From: Candidatus Bathyarchaeota archaeon
GTDB taxonomy: Archaea; Thermoproteota; Bathyarchaeia; 40CM-2-53-6
Length of the DNA stretch: 64,000 bases
NCBI GenBank assembly: GCA_005884195.1
Contig: VBBP01000055.1
Span: forward strand, 15,021 to 79,020
Direction: 5' to 3'
Positions 49,694 through 59,408 of the stretch are shown one piece after another. Every line of letters begins with the position of its first letter. The first letter of the stretch is position 1. The position numbers were made by a program, and so were the translations under genes. The notes under the pieces are model-generated. The model was given only the letters and a program-made list of their open reading frames with translations, ran no database searches and was not told where the DNA came from.

Positions 49694-50476
49694 TCACACG
49701 TCAGATGCTGGAAGAAGCTTCCGCGCGATCGTCACGTACGCAGTGTGTCCTATCATCCTAGTCTCCGGTCTAACCTTGCCAGCCTCTGTTTTGAACTCCC
49801 TAATGAGAAGTTCGACAGCCTCTAAGATCATGAATCCTCCTTCGCGGAGCGCTACTGCAAGCTTCTCCAGCTGGTTTATTGTCGGAGTAAACCCTGCCAG
49901 CAGTCCCCCTCCAAGCAGCGCTCTCCATGCAGCTCCAACCATCCTCCAAGGATCGCCAAGATCAACAACAACCGCGTCAACACTCGTCTCCTCAAATCCC
50001 TCTGTTGGGTCCTTGTTGTGAAAAGTCACCAGGGAGCCAAACCCTGCTTTCTCCACGTTCGCCTTCGCCGCTCGTAAGAACTCCTGCCTCATCTCATACG
50101 TGAACACTTGGCCGTCCGGAGCGATCCCCCTGGCTAGGGCGGAGGTTAGAGCTCCGCTTCCGGTTCCAACCTCTACCACTCTATCCCCGTTCCCGATTCC
50201 TAGCTGGAAGAGTGCGTATCCGATATCCTTCGGATAGAGAATCTGGGTGGGACGATCAAACGATTCGACAATGTCGAGCGCTCGTGGCTTGAACACTGCA
50301 AGGTTCTGGCCCATGCTCGTACGGATGGACCCGCCGTACTCCTTCCCTACCAATTCTGCGAGCTCGAAGTAGCCTCGGTGAGTGTGAAATCTTCCCGGCT
50401 CCACCTTTGCAATCCACTTGCGCCGGACGTCTTGGTACAACAAGACCCGGTCTCCCAGCTTAATCTCTCGGCTCAA
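49694..50476 (-). CDS. trmI: tRNA (adenine-N1)-methyltransferase TrmI
   Basis: QILYPKDIG, EVGTGSGALT, DLGDPW, PTINQ, RMIGHTAY. Confidence 0.93.
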   Translation of the reverse strand: MSREIKLGDRVLLYQDVRRKWIAKVEPGRFHTHRGYFELAELVGKEYGGSIRTSMGQNLAVFKPRALDIVESFDRPTQILYPKDIGYALFQLGIGNGDRVVEVGTGSGALTSALARGIAPDGQVFTYEMRQEFLRAAKANVEKAGFGSLVTFHNKDPTEGFEETSVDAVVVDLGDPWRMVGAAWRALLGGGLLAGFTPTINQLEKLAVALREGGFMILEAVELLIREFKTEAGKVRPETRMIGHTAYVTIARKLLPASDV

Positions 50477-50660
50477 GGCAACGGACGGTTCCGAAACCGA
50501 GAGCCATTAAGCATTCTATTTCAATCACGACCTGACACAGATAGAGTCTCTTCCACAAAGGGGCGGCTCCTTCTGTAACTTTCTCCTACCGTGATCTTCC
50601 TTTTCCCTAACTTTTCCAAGAACAAAACATTCCATCTTCCAACCTTTCTTTTCGTTGTAA

Positions 50661-50746
50661 CTTTTCTTTTTTCGCGTAACTATTTTTTCTGCTAACTAAA
50701 ATGCGACCCCCGGATGGTCTTTTTCACGCGCCGCGCCCTTCGTGAA
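50661..50746. repeat. Dispersed intergenic T-rich repeat, copy 2
   Basis: Homologous to 20343-20428; preceded by further TAACTTT units. Confidence 0.7.
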
Positions 50747-50756
50747 AATGGCCAAT

Positions 50757-51230
50757 CTAGCCTTTCAGAGCCTTGAACACGCTCTCAGCCTTCGAGGCAG
50801 GAACAAGCTTCACGGTGATAGGCTCCTTGGTCCCCGAGATTCCTATCCTCAGCACTGCTACCCTCCTCCTCCACCAAGTGGCAAGGACAGCAGCCAAGAA
50901 CACAGCGAACGTGCCGATTAGTAACAGGTCGAAGGGCGCTTGAGGCAGGCTAAGCTTCGCCTGGCCCGGAAACCACCATACAAGAAAGACGGCTATCGCG
51001 CCTAGGACAGCATAGGTCAAAGGCGGGATCAGGCTCTTGGTTATCAGCTCCAGCATACTTACCTCGGCATGTGGAACGTTCACGTATTTTTCCCCAATAG
51101 CAAACCTCTTCCCAACCAGCAATCTCGAGTCCGTCACGTAGACCGTATAGTTCACGCCTGCGCACTCAGCTAGAATATTCTCTGCCCCGACCAGGTTCCT
51201 GAGGTTGCTCAAATCCTGCTGTTGAGACAC
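50757..51230 (-). CDS. Hypothetical membrane protein (PH-like fold with a 2-TM insertion)
   Basis: VYVTDSRLLV segment and two hydrophobic helices. Confidence 0.65.
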   Translation of the reverse strand: MSQQQDLSNLRNLVGAENILAECAGVNYTVYVTDSRLLVGKRFAIGEKYVNVPHAEVSMLELITKSLIPPLTYAVLGAIAVFLVWWFPGQAKLSLPQAPFDLLLIGTFAVFLAAVLATWWRRRVAVLRIGISGTKEPITVKLVPASKAESVFKALKG

Positions 51231-51289
51231 GAAAATCTCTCTTACCCGTATTGTAACCAGTCCCCGGGGCAAAAGGATTACGAACAGCC

Positions 51290-52477
51290 CTACTTGGCCG
51301 CTACCAGCTGGGAAACAGCCTCGACTACCGCTCGAATCCCATTCTCCGAACCCAGCGTTCCGCTGAGTCTTCGTGCATTCTCTCGCATATTCTCTAGAGA
51401 TGTCGAGATGGCTCCACCCAGCTCTTTCGAGTCCAGTCTAGATTGATCTAGAACGACAGCTACTCCTAGTTCCTCCGCCCGCTTCGCATTATTCGCCTGT
51501 TCCGTATGGTTCGGTGGGGGAATCAGCACAAGTGGCTTCCCTTCAGAGATCGCCTTCATAATCGTCTCATGTCCCGCCCTGGAGACAATTACGTCTGCGC
51601 GCTCGAAGGTCTTCCGATAGGACTGCTCGGTCATCCACTCGTGAACCATGAGATTCCCGATCCTCTTTTCACCAAACGATCCATTCGGATCGCCGCAACT
51701 GAGAATCAGTTCGTAGTCTCCGGGAAACTCCTTGAGGATATCGGTCAACTTGTTCACAAGATACCTCCGGTCTGTCGCAGGACCACTAACACACGCAAAG
51801 ACTAGAGGCCTAACAGTGCCAGCATGTTGGATACCGTTTGGAATATTGAGCCTTGACGGCGTTAATGGCCCCACTAGCCGGACCTTCCTCCTGATCCCAG
51901 GGGGAATCGCGAGATTGTATCTCGAAATCGTGTAAGGGGCCTTGAGGTCTGGAACAATGATAAGATCGCTTATGCCCCAAGCCAGCTCTAACATTGCGGA
52001 AATATATCTCCAGATGATCTTCGCGGCGAAAAGCATTGGCCTATCAGCCAACCTGTGTTTGGTGTCGTCCTTGGGCATCTGGACAGAATACTGGTTGAGG
52101 ATCAGGATCCTCGGTTTTCTCAGAATGAACGCGGCAACTAGAGTAGAGATTCTGGTGTCCGATATTACGACATCAGGTTCGAACGCGGAGATCTGCCGCA
52201 CCTCGCCGATCAGCTGGCGTATGAAACCCCACAATCCCACAGTCACACCGTTCTGGCTCATTGTCATCTTCGGGTCAATCGTCCCATCCTCCCTGGTTCG
52301 GAATGACAAGGGAATCGCGCTGAAGTAGGTGAAACCAGAACGCTTCAAATAATCCAAAGCGTCAAGATAGGACGAGAACAAAACATCCACGCCCTCGCTC
52401 GAGAACTCTCGGGCGATCGCATCGCACCGGCTAATGTGCCCAAGGCCTAGCCCGCAAGGCGCAATATACAGTCTCAA
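51290..52477 (-). CDS. GT28/MurG-like glycosyltransferase
   Basis: GLGLGHISR, SRAGHET, HTEQANNA. Confidence 0.88.
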   Translation of the reverse strand: MRLYIAPCGLGLGHISRCDAIAREFSSEGVDVLFSSYLDALDYLKRSGFTYFSAIPLSFRTREDGTIDPKMTMSQNGVTVGLWGFIRQLIGEVRQISAFEPDVVISDTRISTLVAAFILRKPRILILNQYSVQMPKDDTKHRLADRPMLFAAKIIWRYISAMLELAWGISDLIIVPDLKAPYTISRYNLAIPPGIRRKVRLVGPLTPSRLNIPNGIQHAGTVRPLVFACVSGPATDRRYLVNKLTDILKEFPGDYELILSCGDPNGSFGEKRIGNLMVHEWMTEQSYRKTFERADVIVSRAGHETIMKAISEGKPLVLIPPPNHTEQANNAKRAEELGVAVVLDQSRLDSKELGGAISTSLENMRENARRLSGTLGSENGIRAVVEAVSQLVAAK

Positions 52478-52487
52478 CCCTTAGGTC

Positions 52488-53108
52488 CTAGCCCCTCAAC
52501 TTCCTCTCGAACACTCTTCCTCCTGGAGCTTCCTCTGAAAAGATCTGCCCTTGGAATCGAGCAACCTTCACACTACCAGTCACCCAGGCATCGGGCATCA
52601 ACCCAGCCTTCAAACAACACTCGTTGAGAAACTCCTCCTCATCAAAGCCCTCGTCTACTGCAACCTGTGGCAGCAGAAGCCCTTGGGTTCCAAACCCGTC
52701 TACAAATAACCCGTCCCGCCCAACTTTAATGTTCAAGGGCAGATCCAGCGGGCTCTTGAGCAAGATATGCTCGAGCGGGGAGAGCACCGTCACCTCCACG
52801 ATAATGCTCCCTAGGAACTCATCCTTTCGCACCGGTGCAAATCTCGGATCCACTGCAGCGGCGTCAACCGCACAACGCACCGTCTCGTTGAGCAGCGACA
52901 TCCTAGGGAACGGGTTGCCAATACAACCTCGCAGCCTTCGACTCCTTGCTATGTCAAATAGTGTGACGAACACTCCCAGCGTAGCGCGTAATTCCGAACC
53001 TACGTTTGCCACTGGGTCGAGGTTTTCTCCATCCAAATGGTGGACTATTGCTTGCCGTGCGGTACCGACGAGTTTTGTCCCGTTTTCCGTTGATACCAAG
53101 CTAGTCAC
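52488..53108 (-). CDS. AMMECR1/TIGR00296 family protein
   Basis: GVFVTL, LRGCIG, DPRF, GLLLPQV, CLKAG. Confidence 0.92.
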   Translation of the reverse strand: MTSLVSTENGTKLVGTARQAIVHHLDGENLDPVANVGSELRATLGVFVTLFDIARSRRLRGCIGNPFPRMSLLNETVRCAVDAAAVDPRFAPVRKDEFLGSIIVEVTVLSPLEHILLKSPLDLPLNIKVGRDGLFVDGFGTQGLLLPQVAVDEGFDEEEFLNECCLKAGLMPDAWVTGSVKVARFQGQIFSEEAPGGRVFERKLRG

Positions 53109-53590
53109 TCTTCCAAGCTCGCGCGCTTCTTTGCCTCTTCTAGAGTCTGACGAATGCGGTTCCAGTGGCTTCCGAGCCAATACATTTTTCCGCAATTCTG
53201 ATTGGTGCATTTCCAGAATTGGTCGTACAGTTTTAGGCTTGCTTTGGGGACCTCATGTGCAACTTCACTCTTTGGCGTTTCCTGTAGGCCGGACCCACAT
53301 TCTGGACACTTTGTCTCGGCCATGTTGACGTTCAAGGATACGCCGAACGTGGTAGCAAGCTGAGCTAATCTCTCCTCCTCGGTTTCGCCGAGCACGAGAG
53401 CAGACAGTATCTTCCTAGCTATCGCTCTTTGGTATAATTCTTCATCTCTTGTTAGTAAGACCATATTATCTTCGTGGGCGATTCTTAGGAGCTCGTTGTC
53501 CCTCGTACTTGCGTCATATCTTACATCTTGGCCTAGAATCCGTAACCACCTTGCCAGTCTGCCCAGCATTCCGTCGACGAGAAACCTCAT
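53105..53590 (-). CDS. Mut7-C RNase domain protein
   Basis: FLVDGMLGRLARWLRILG, LLTRD, CPECG, C..CGKMYWLGSH. Confidence 0.93.
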   Translation of the reverse strand: MRFLVDGMLGRLARWLRILGQDVRYDASTRDNELLRIAHEDNMVLLTRDEELYQRAIARKILSALVLGETEEERLAQLATTFGVSLNVNMAETKCPECGSGLQETPKSEVAHEVPKASLKLYDQFWKCTNQNCGKMYWLGSHWNRIRQTLEEAKKRASLEE

Positions 53591-54912
53591 CCGCGGCTTC
53601 CATTTCTCAGCACCTTGCCGCCGCCTGGTTTTCCAGTGATCTCACCGTTGCTGTAGACAACTGACCCGTTTACGATTGTGGTATGGACGGCACCTTGTGT
53701 CTTCCATCCCTCGAACGGAGAGTAATGCGCTTTGGAGAAGAACTTGTCAGGGTCAATCTTTCCTTTCTCTTTCAGATCCACTAGAATCATATCGCCATTG
53801 GCTCCTTCCCGTAGTTTTCCCTTCGAGCTGAGACCGAAGATCTTCGCGGGGTTGGTTGAGAGGAGAGCGACTAGTCGGCCGAGCGATAATTTTCTCTTGT
53901 TGACCATGGTCAGCATCAATGGCGTAGCCGTTTCTAGGCCAGGTATTCCAGGTGGGCTCTTTTGAGGTGGTCGCCGCTTCTCTTTGATAGTGTGCGGTGC
54001 GTGATCCGTGGCAATGATCGTTGCTTTGCCAGTTGACATTTCCCGAAACAAGCGGTTCCTTACTTGCCGAGGTCTGAGCGGAGGCACCATCCAAGCCTTC
54101 CAACCGAGCTTTTCAACGGAATCGTCGGAGAGTAGGATGTGATGTGGGGTCACTTCCGAAGATAATTCGCTCGAATGCCAATTCCCAATTGAAGAGATGC
54201 TAGATGGGAGGGTAACATGGCAGAAGTGAACGCGACAACCAATCTGCTTCTGAAGTCTAAGGATCCTGCTGACGGCGCTTGTCTCGGCCTTTCCGAGTCG
54301 TGATCCGACAAGTTCATTGAAGGTCCGAATCTCTCTGGTGGGTTCAATCTGGGCTGCGTCTTCTGCATGAACTGTGACTGGAAGCGAGGCTTCCTTCGCG
54401 GCCTTCAAGACTTCGACAATTGTGAGGTCATCGCCTAAGTCTAAGGGGGCGATAGGCTTAGGGAGGTAGAGTTTTATCGAGAAAGCTCCGGCCATTTTCA
54501 TCGTTTCCACCGCGGCTCGATTTGCAACTGCGGCCGCGTGAAAGCCTGTGTTCACGAGGATATTTCCGGAGGCTCTCCTGGCCTTCTCCCGAAGACGCTG
54601 AGCTGAGTCAGTAGGTGGCAGGGTATTCGGCATGTCTAAAACAGTGGTAAACCCTCCGGCTGCTGCGGCAGAGGTTCCACTTGTGAAATCCTCTTTGTAC
54701 GCTAGCCTCAGGTCGCGTAAGTGGACATGCGCATCAACTAGCCCAGGTAATGCCACTAATCGTTCGGCTAGAATCTCCTCGTCGGCTTGTGCGGCTATCC
54801 TTCGAGCTATTCTCTGAATCCTTCCATCCTCGATGAGGATTGAACCTCTGATGGCACGATTCTCAGTCCAGATATGAGCGTCTCGAATCAGTAGGCTGGG
54901 GAGATCTGATAT
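53587..54912 (-). CDS. pyrC: Dihydroorotase (start uncertain; the track ATG at 55020 overlaps the CBS gene)
   Basis: PGLVDAHVHLRD, GGFTTVLDMPNT, EVTPHH, ATDHAPH. Confidence 0.9.
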   Translation of the reverse strand: MSDLPSLLIRDAHIWTENRAIRGSILIEDGRIQRIARRIAAQADEEILAERLVALPGLVDAHVHLRDLRLAYKEDFTSGTSAAAAGGFTTVLDMPNTLPPTDSAQRLREKARRASGNILVNTGFHAAAVANRAAVETMKMAGAFSIKLYLPKPIAPLDLGDDLTIVEVLKAAKEASLPVTVHAEDAAQIEPTREIRTFNELVGSRLGKAETSAVSRILRLQKQIGCRVHFCHVTLPSSISSIGNWHSSELSSEVTPHHILLSDDSVEKLGWKAWMVPPLRPRQVRNRLFREMSTGKATIIATDHAPHTIKEKRRPPQKSPPGIPGLETATPLMLTMVNKRKLSLGRLVALLSTNPAKIFGLSSKGKLREGANGDMILVDLKEKGKIDPDKFFSKAHYSPFEGWKTQGAVHTTIVNGSVVYSNGEITGKPGGGKVLRNGSRG

Positions 54913-54919
54913 CTCGTTC

Positions 54920-55495
54920 TCAGGACTCTTCAGGTTGTCCAAGGTCCCTTGAGCAATCTGGACATAGGAAGGTGCCGTCCTTCTGGACGAGGTTGTCCGA
55001 CCATGCTTCGCATTCATCACAGTATCCTCCTAGGGTGGGTTTGGTCCTCGGGCTTTCCAGTCCAGCACGGCTTTTTTCGGAGGCTAGGTCGATTATGGCC
55101 GGCGTCACTTGTAGAATATCTTTCATTGTTACTATTCCTACGAGCTTTCCGTCATCAATTACGGCAAGTCGCCGAATCTTGCGATGGTTCATGAATTTGG
55201 CAGCGTCGTTGACGGTAGCACCTGGGCTGATACTCGCCACTGGTTTCGACATTGTCTGCACTACGTTCAGTTCAGACGGGAGAACGTTTCTTGCGGCCAC
55301 TCTTTGCACAATATCTCTTTCGGTGATTATTCCCGCTGGGTTTCCTGCCTTGTCTACGATAATCACACAGCCTATATCGTGTTTGCCCATGAGCTTCGAC
55401 ACTCCAGCGACCGTCTCGTTCTCTTTGGCCGTAATCGGTGGCCGTGACATTATGTCCCGCACGAGAATGTCTGGCTCTGCCTCATGCACCGACAA
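54920..55495 (-). CDS. CBS-pair protein with a C-terminal zinc ribbon
   Basis: VRDIMS, GIITERDI, GIVTMKDI; CDEC...CPDC. Confidence 0.9.
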   Translation of the reverse strand: MSVHEAEPDILVRDIMSRPPITAKENETVAGVSKLMGKHDIGCVIIVDKAGNPAGIITERDIVQRVAARNVLPSELNVVQTMSKPVASISPGATVNDAAKFMNHRKIRRLAVIDDGKLVGIVTMKDILQVTPAIIDLASEKSRAGLESPRTKPTLGGYCDECEAWSDNLVQKDGTFLCPDCSRDLGQPEES

Positions 55496-55571
55496 TGCAA
55501 GATGGTCATCCTTTGCCTTCTATAAAATCTTCATGCAGTGATGAGCCTAGCAAACGTTATCTGCGGCGCGC

Positions 55572-55955
55572 TTGTCTTGTCATCGATCGTTATTGGTTGC
55601 GGGTTCGGGATCAAACCTGAGTCTTGAGCCGTCTGAGCCTCCGAGAATTCGCTCTATCTCTCCACCAACGCTGGTGTACTGGACCCGTCTCGGGTTTGCC
55701 GTTTTGGCAGGAGTGTTGTATAACGCGTTGGGTCTTGGTGGACAGGGCGTTCTTTTCGGAACCTCCTGGGCTATCAGTATGGGAATCGGAATCTATGCGA
55801 TCTCTGTCTTCCTTGTCAAGTACGTCTTGCGTTATGGCCCAACAGAGTTGAAGGGTCCAAACAAGCACATAACATTGGGAGTCGGTAGCTACATCATCTG
55901 GTTCCTGTTCACGACAATCCTGCTTAACACAATCATTTACCCTGGTCCGTACTAG
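55572..55955 (+). CDS. 3-TM membrane protein, EMC6/Rab5-interacting-like (tentative)
   Basis: YWTRLGFAVLAG...GVGSYIIWFLFTTILLNT; three TM helices. Confidence 0.55.
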   Translation: MSCHRSLLVAGSGSNLSLEPSEPPRIRSISPPTLVYWTRLGFAVLAGVLYNALGLGGQGVLFGTSWAISMGIGIYAISVFLVKYVLRYGPTELKGPNKHITLGVGSYIIWFLFTTILLNTIIYPGPY

Positions 55956-56355
55956 TCGTCGGTTTGTCAAGAGTCGCCTGCTGAGGTGGACGCGTTTCTG
56001 CTGGGGTTTGCTGGTTCTTAACGCTACCCAACAAGGTGAAGTAGTCGTCTAGAGCTTTGAAATATCCTCGATCGTACTCGCCATGCAATTCGTTTAAGGC
56101 GAATTCAGAGAATTCTTTCTTGAGATTGCTAATCGTGTCTTCTGTCCTGGTGGCTAGGACTCTTGGTAGGAAAATGTACTTGTCATCGTTGGTCCGGTAA
56201 GTCAACATCAATCCCTCAAGCGCTTTGACGTATCCTCTGGACCACTGAGAGTTATCGGACTTTTGTCGGATGATATCGAGTTCTTTCTCTGCATCAGTCC
56301 ATGCTCTTGCTTCTACATGCTCGAGGAACTTGTTCACTGGGATTTGGGGGATCAT
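55933..56355 (-). CDS. Hypothetical protein downstream of radA
   Basis: Internal repeat RGYVKALEG / RGYFKALDD. Confidence 0.75.
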   Translation of the reverse strand: MIPQIPVNKFLEHVEARAWTDAEKELDIIRQKSDNSQWSRGYVKALEGLMLTYRTNDDKYIFLPRVLATRTEDTISNLKKEFSEFALNELHGEYDRGYFKALDDYFTLLGSVKNQQTPAETRPPQQATLDKPTTSTDQGK

Positions 56356-56369
56356 TTTTCAGCCCTCCG

Positions 56370-57359
56370 CTAGCGACGCCGCTTGACCTCGTCTTCTTCC
56401 GAGACATCAACTATTCCTCCCTCGGTAACCTTGAAGATTCTCTCGCCCTCAGGCAAGTATGGGCTTGAGACAAGTCGGGCTATCCGTATGGGGCCGTTGG
56501 CAGCTCGGCGGAGGAACACTCTTGTGTGGCTTGTATGAGCTACTATGTGCCCGCCCACCGCGTCGACGGAGTTGGCGAAGAACTGGTCGGGTTTCGCCAT
56601 GACTTGGTTGGTGACTATGGCGACAGCGTTGAACCCTCGTGCGAGGCGGATTAGACGGTGCATGTGGTTGTTGAGACGTTGTTGTCTCTCTGCGAGCATC
56701 TCTCTGCCGATGTACTCGCTTCTGAAGTGGGATGTCAGCGAGTCGATGATGATCAGGCGGATATTGTTGTCTTTGATGATCTGGTCCGCCTTCTCCAAGA
56801 GAAGTACCTGGTGGTCGGAATTGTAGGCTTCCGAATAGATGATCCTTTGCGCTACATCAGTAGGCTCAAGCCCTGCTGTTTTGGCCATTCGCACGATCCA
56901 CTCTGGACGGAAGGTTTGTTCGGTGTCAAGATACAAAGCGCCTCCATCCAAGCCACCTTTATCGACCGGCAGTTGGACGTTGATCGCTAGCTGGTGGCAG
57001 AGGATTGACTTGCCCACGCCATATTCTCCATAGAACTCTGTGATGGTCTGTGTCTCGAGACCGCCTCCGATCAATCCGTCGAAAGCCTTGCTTCCAGTTG
57101 TAAGGCGGCGTACGTTCGCCTTCATCTTCATGAGCTCGTCTGCTCTTATGAAGGAAAGCGAAATGCTGTCCCTGGCTTCCGCGATGATTTTTGCGGCTTG
57201 CTTCTCTCCTATTCCAGCAGGAACAAGTTCCCTCACAGTGGCCGTCGCGAGACTCTCGACGGTGTGAAAACCAAGTTCCTTCAGCTTCTCAGATGTCGAA
57301 GGTCCAACGCCTGGTAGGTCTTCTACAACCTCATACTTCCGGACGGCTTCCTGAGTCAC
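56370..57359 (-). CDS. radA: DNA repair and recombination protein RadA
   Basis: LPGVGP HhH, GEYGVGKS Walker A, DTEQTFRPE, IDSLTSHFRSEY, SPYLPEGE. Confidence 0.97.
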   Translation of the reverse strand: MTQEAVRKYEVVEDLPGVGPSTSEKLKELGFHTVESLATATVRELVPAGIGEKQAAKIIAEARDSISLSFIRADELMKMKANVRRLTTGSKAFDGLIGGGLETQTITEFYGEYGVGKSILCHQLAINVQLPVDKGGLDGGALYLDTEQTFRPEWIVRMAKTAGLEPTDVAQRIIYSEAYNSDHQVLLLEKADQIIKDNNIRLIIIDSLTSHFRSEYIGREMLAERQQRLNNHMHRLIRLARGFNAVAIVTNQVMAKPDQFFANSVDAVGGHIVAHTSHTRVFLRRAANGPIRIARLVSSPYLPEGERIFKVTEGGIVDVSEEDEVKRRR

Positions 57360-57560
57360 TGTCCTCTCACCTAACTAGTACGATCTTGAAATCTGTTTCG
57401 AGCTTATTTAAACTGCAAATGGAACGGCTCTGATTTAGAGCTGAGACGGTCCCGAAGCTAATCAGAAACAAGCGTGTTCAATGTACTAGGTTTCTGGTTT
57501 CGCAGGTTACAACACCCTTAATGTGAGTCCTGTTCGACTGTGCTGATGCGTTGAGGATTA

Positions 57561-57908
57561 TTGGGGGTTGAGGGAGAGGAGGCCCAACCCAGGAAGAGCA
57601 ATAGCAGGAGGTACATAGAAAATTTGTTGGGCTGGCCTAGTGAAGAGTCTACAGGGATCGGGGTTTACCGGACCACTCTCTTCACCTCTCTATTCGAGTA
57701 CTTCATCGTGCTCTTCTTCGGCACATGGTTAATCGTGGAGTATTTCTACAATGTCTATGAGCAGCAGTACTTTGGATCGTTCAATCCAGTCTTCCTGGTC
57801 GCTGTGTTGATGGCGGCTTCAGGCTACGGCTTCATGAGAATAGTTTCCACCGTCAGGACGGGCCTGCGGCCAACAAGGATGATAAAAAAGAACGAGGATG
57901 ATTATTGA
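57561..57908 (+). CDS. 2-TM membrane protein (WxxxxYxxN family)
   Basis: GTWLIVEYFYNVYEQQYF between two TM helices. Confidence 0.7.
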   Translation: MGVEGEEAQPRKSNSRRYIENLLGWPSEESTGIGVYRTTLFTSLFEYFIVLFFGTWLIVEYFYNVYEQQYFGSFNPVFLVAVLMAASGYGFMRIVSTVRTGLRPTRMIKKNEDDY

Positions 57909-59332
57909 TGAGAAAACTAGGAATTACCACGATCGCGTCATTTGCGGTGAACGTAATCTTGAGCCTCTGGCTGGTAAACCAGTACTACTACGATGCATAT
58001 TTCCACTCCTACGTCGACGCCACTCTTGGACCCGTCTATCCGTTCATAGTCCTAACAGCAGGGCTAGGCGGGGGCTCAAGCCTCGGATACCTTCTCTTGA
58101 AAAGAAGACATACTGGAGACGGGACAGGAAAACTAGACAAGGCTAAACTGTTCAAGTCAAGCGGACCTGTCCAATCCCCTGGAAGCCTCTCCTCCTCTTC
58201 CCAAGGCAAGATCATGCCTACAGGACCTCCCCCAGGCCAAGTTTCTCGTCACACAGCATACGCAGTTCCGCCTCTGCCAAAGAGCTCAACTCCTTCAAGT
58301 GGCGGAGCACGTGGGACCGGTCCCTCCTCGCTATCCGTTACTTCGAAGACCCTTACTCCTTCCCCTTCAACCTCTCAGAGGCTAGAGCAGCTGACTCAAC
58401 CTTCAACCTCGATCTTGAACTCAACGCTCAGAGACCAATTTAGACCGGAGCAAGCCTCTAGGCCATCGCCCCCGCTTCCTCCGTCACCAATGTTGGGTCG
58501 CGGCGATAACACGCAGTCAATAAACAGAATTCCACCCGAACCTTCACGGATGAGTATTCCATCACAGTGGAAGCCGGAACCCGGGCAGTCAGGTCAGCGC
58601 GGTCCTGACTCGACCGTTTTTCCGAGGCCAGGTCAAATAGACGTGAAACAGGCGCCGGAATCTCCCGGCTTCGGTGGTCCGGTTGGCCAGGTTCCAAAAC
58701 CCCCTCAGGCATCTCAGACCCCGTTCCCGGTTTCGAAGTGGGTGTCTCCTGAGCAGAGAGCAGGCGGGCAGTGGACTGATCCGGTTCCAAAGCCCGGGCT
58801 CGCGACCCCTCAGAAGTGGGGTCCTCCACCAGGTCAGGGCGTCGGGCCTCGTCCTCCTCAAGGGGTCCCGCCACGACCGGGTCCCGGTCAAGTTCCAGGA
58901 CCTGCTGGTCAGCGCCCGCCTTTTCCACCGGCGCAAGGTGGTCCGCGCCCTCTTGGTTATCCAAACCCGGGCCGACCTGGACAGCCAGGGCCTGTCGGAG
59001 TCTCTCCGCCTTTCAGGCCTGATCAAACTCGTCCCATAGGGCCACCTCCGCCGGGGAGACCAGTCCAGTCTCCTGGCGGGCCATTCTCTCAACCTTGGAG
59101 TCCGCCGAAGGCTGCTGAGAAGGGAGAATCAGGAGGTGCTTCTCAGGGCAAGGATGTCACAACCTCTCCACCTCTTCGACCATCTCAGTTCGGAGCGTCA
59201 GAAAGCTCGCGGCCAACGGACGAAAAGACTGTTGAGCCGAGCTCTCCCGGTGGGGAGATGGATTGGGACACCGCGCTCGATACGATATTGAAGACGCTGA
59301 AGAAAGATCGGGGAGTAGGAGAGAGGACCTAG
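57905..59332 (+). CDS. 2-TM membrane protein with a long Pro/Gly/Gln-rich tail
   Basis: SLWLVNQYYYDAYFHSYV; low-complexity tail; terminal helix MDWDTALDTILKTLKK. Confidence 0.8.
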   Translation: MMRKLGITTIASFAVNVILSLWLVNQYYYDAYFHSYVDATLGPVYPFIVLTAGLGGGSSLGYLLLKRRHTGDGTGKLDKAKLFKSSGPVQSPGSLSSSSQGKIMPTGPPPGQVSRHTAYAVPPLPKSSTPSSGGARGTGPSSLSVTSKTLTPSPSTSQRLEQLTQPSTSILNSTLRDQFRPEQASRPSPPLPPSPMLGRGDNTQSINRIPPEPSRMSIPSQWKPEPGQSGQRGPDSTVFPRPGQIDVKQAPESPGFGGPVGQVPKPPQASQTPFPVSKWVSPEQRAGGQWTDPVPKPGLATPQKWGPPPGQGVGPRPPQGVPPRPGPGQVPGPAGQRPPFPPAQGGPRPLGYPNPGRPGQPGPVGVSPPFRPDQTRPIGPPPPGRPVQSPGGPFSQPWSPPKAAEKGESGGASQGKDVTTSPPLRPSQFGASESSRPTDEKTVEPSSPGGEMDWDTALDTILKTLKKDRGVGERT

Positions 59333-59408
59333 AGACGTTGAGGAGAGTCTGGAAGTTACAACAAGGCTTTGTCTATTCGAACGTAGGAGTATTCGACTCT
59401 CCGCGAGC

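Noticed and set aside
52624..55541. Long antisense ORFs (e.g. 52624-53328, 54972-55541, 16113-16634)
   Set aside because: They lie opposite well-conserved genes and have no recognisable motifs; typical shadow ORFs
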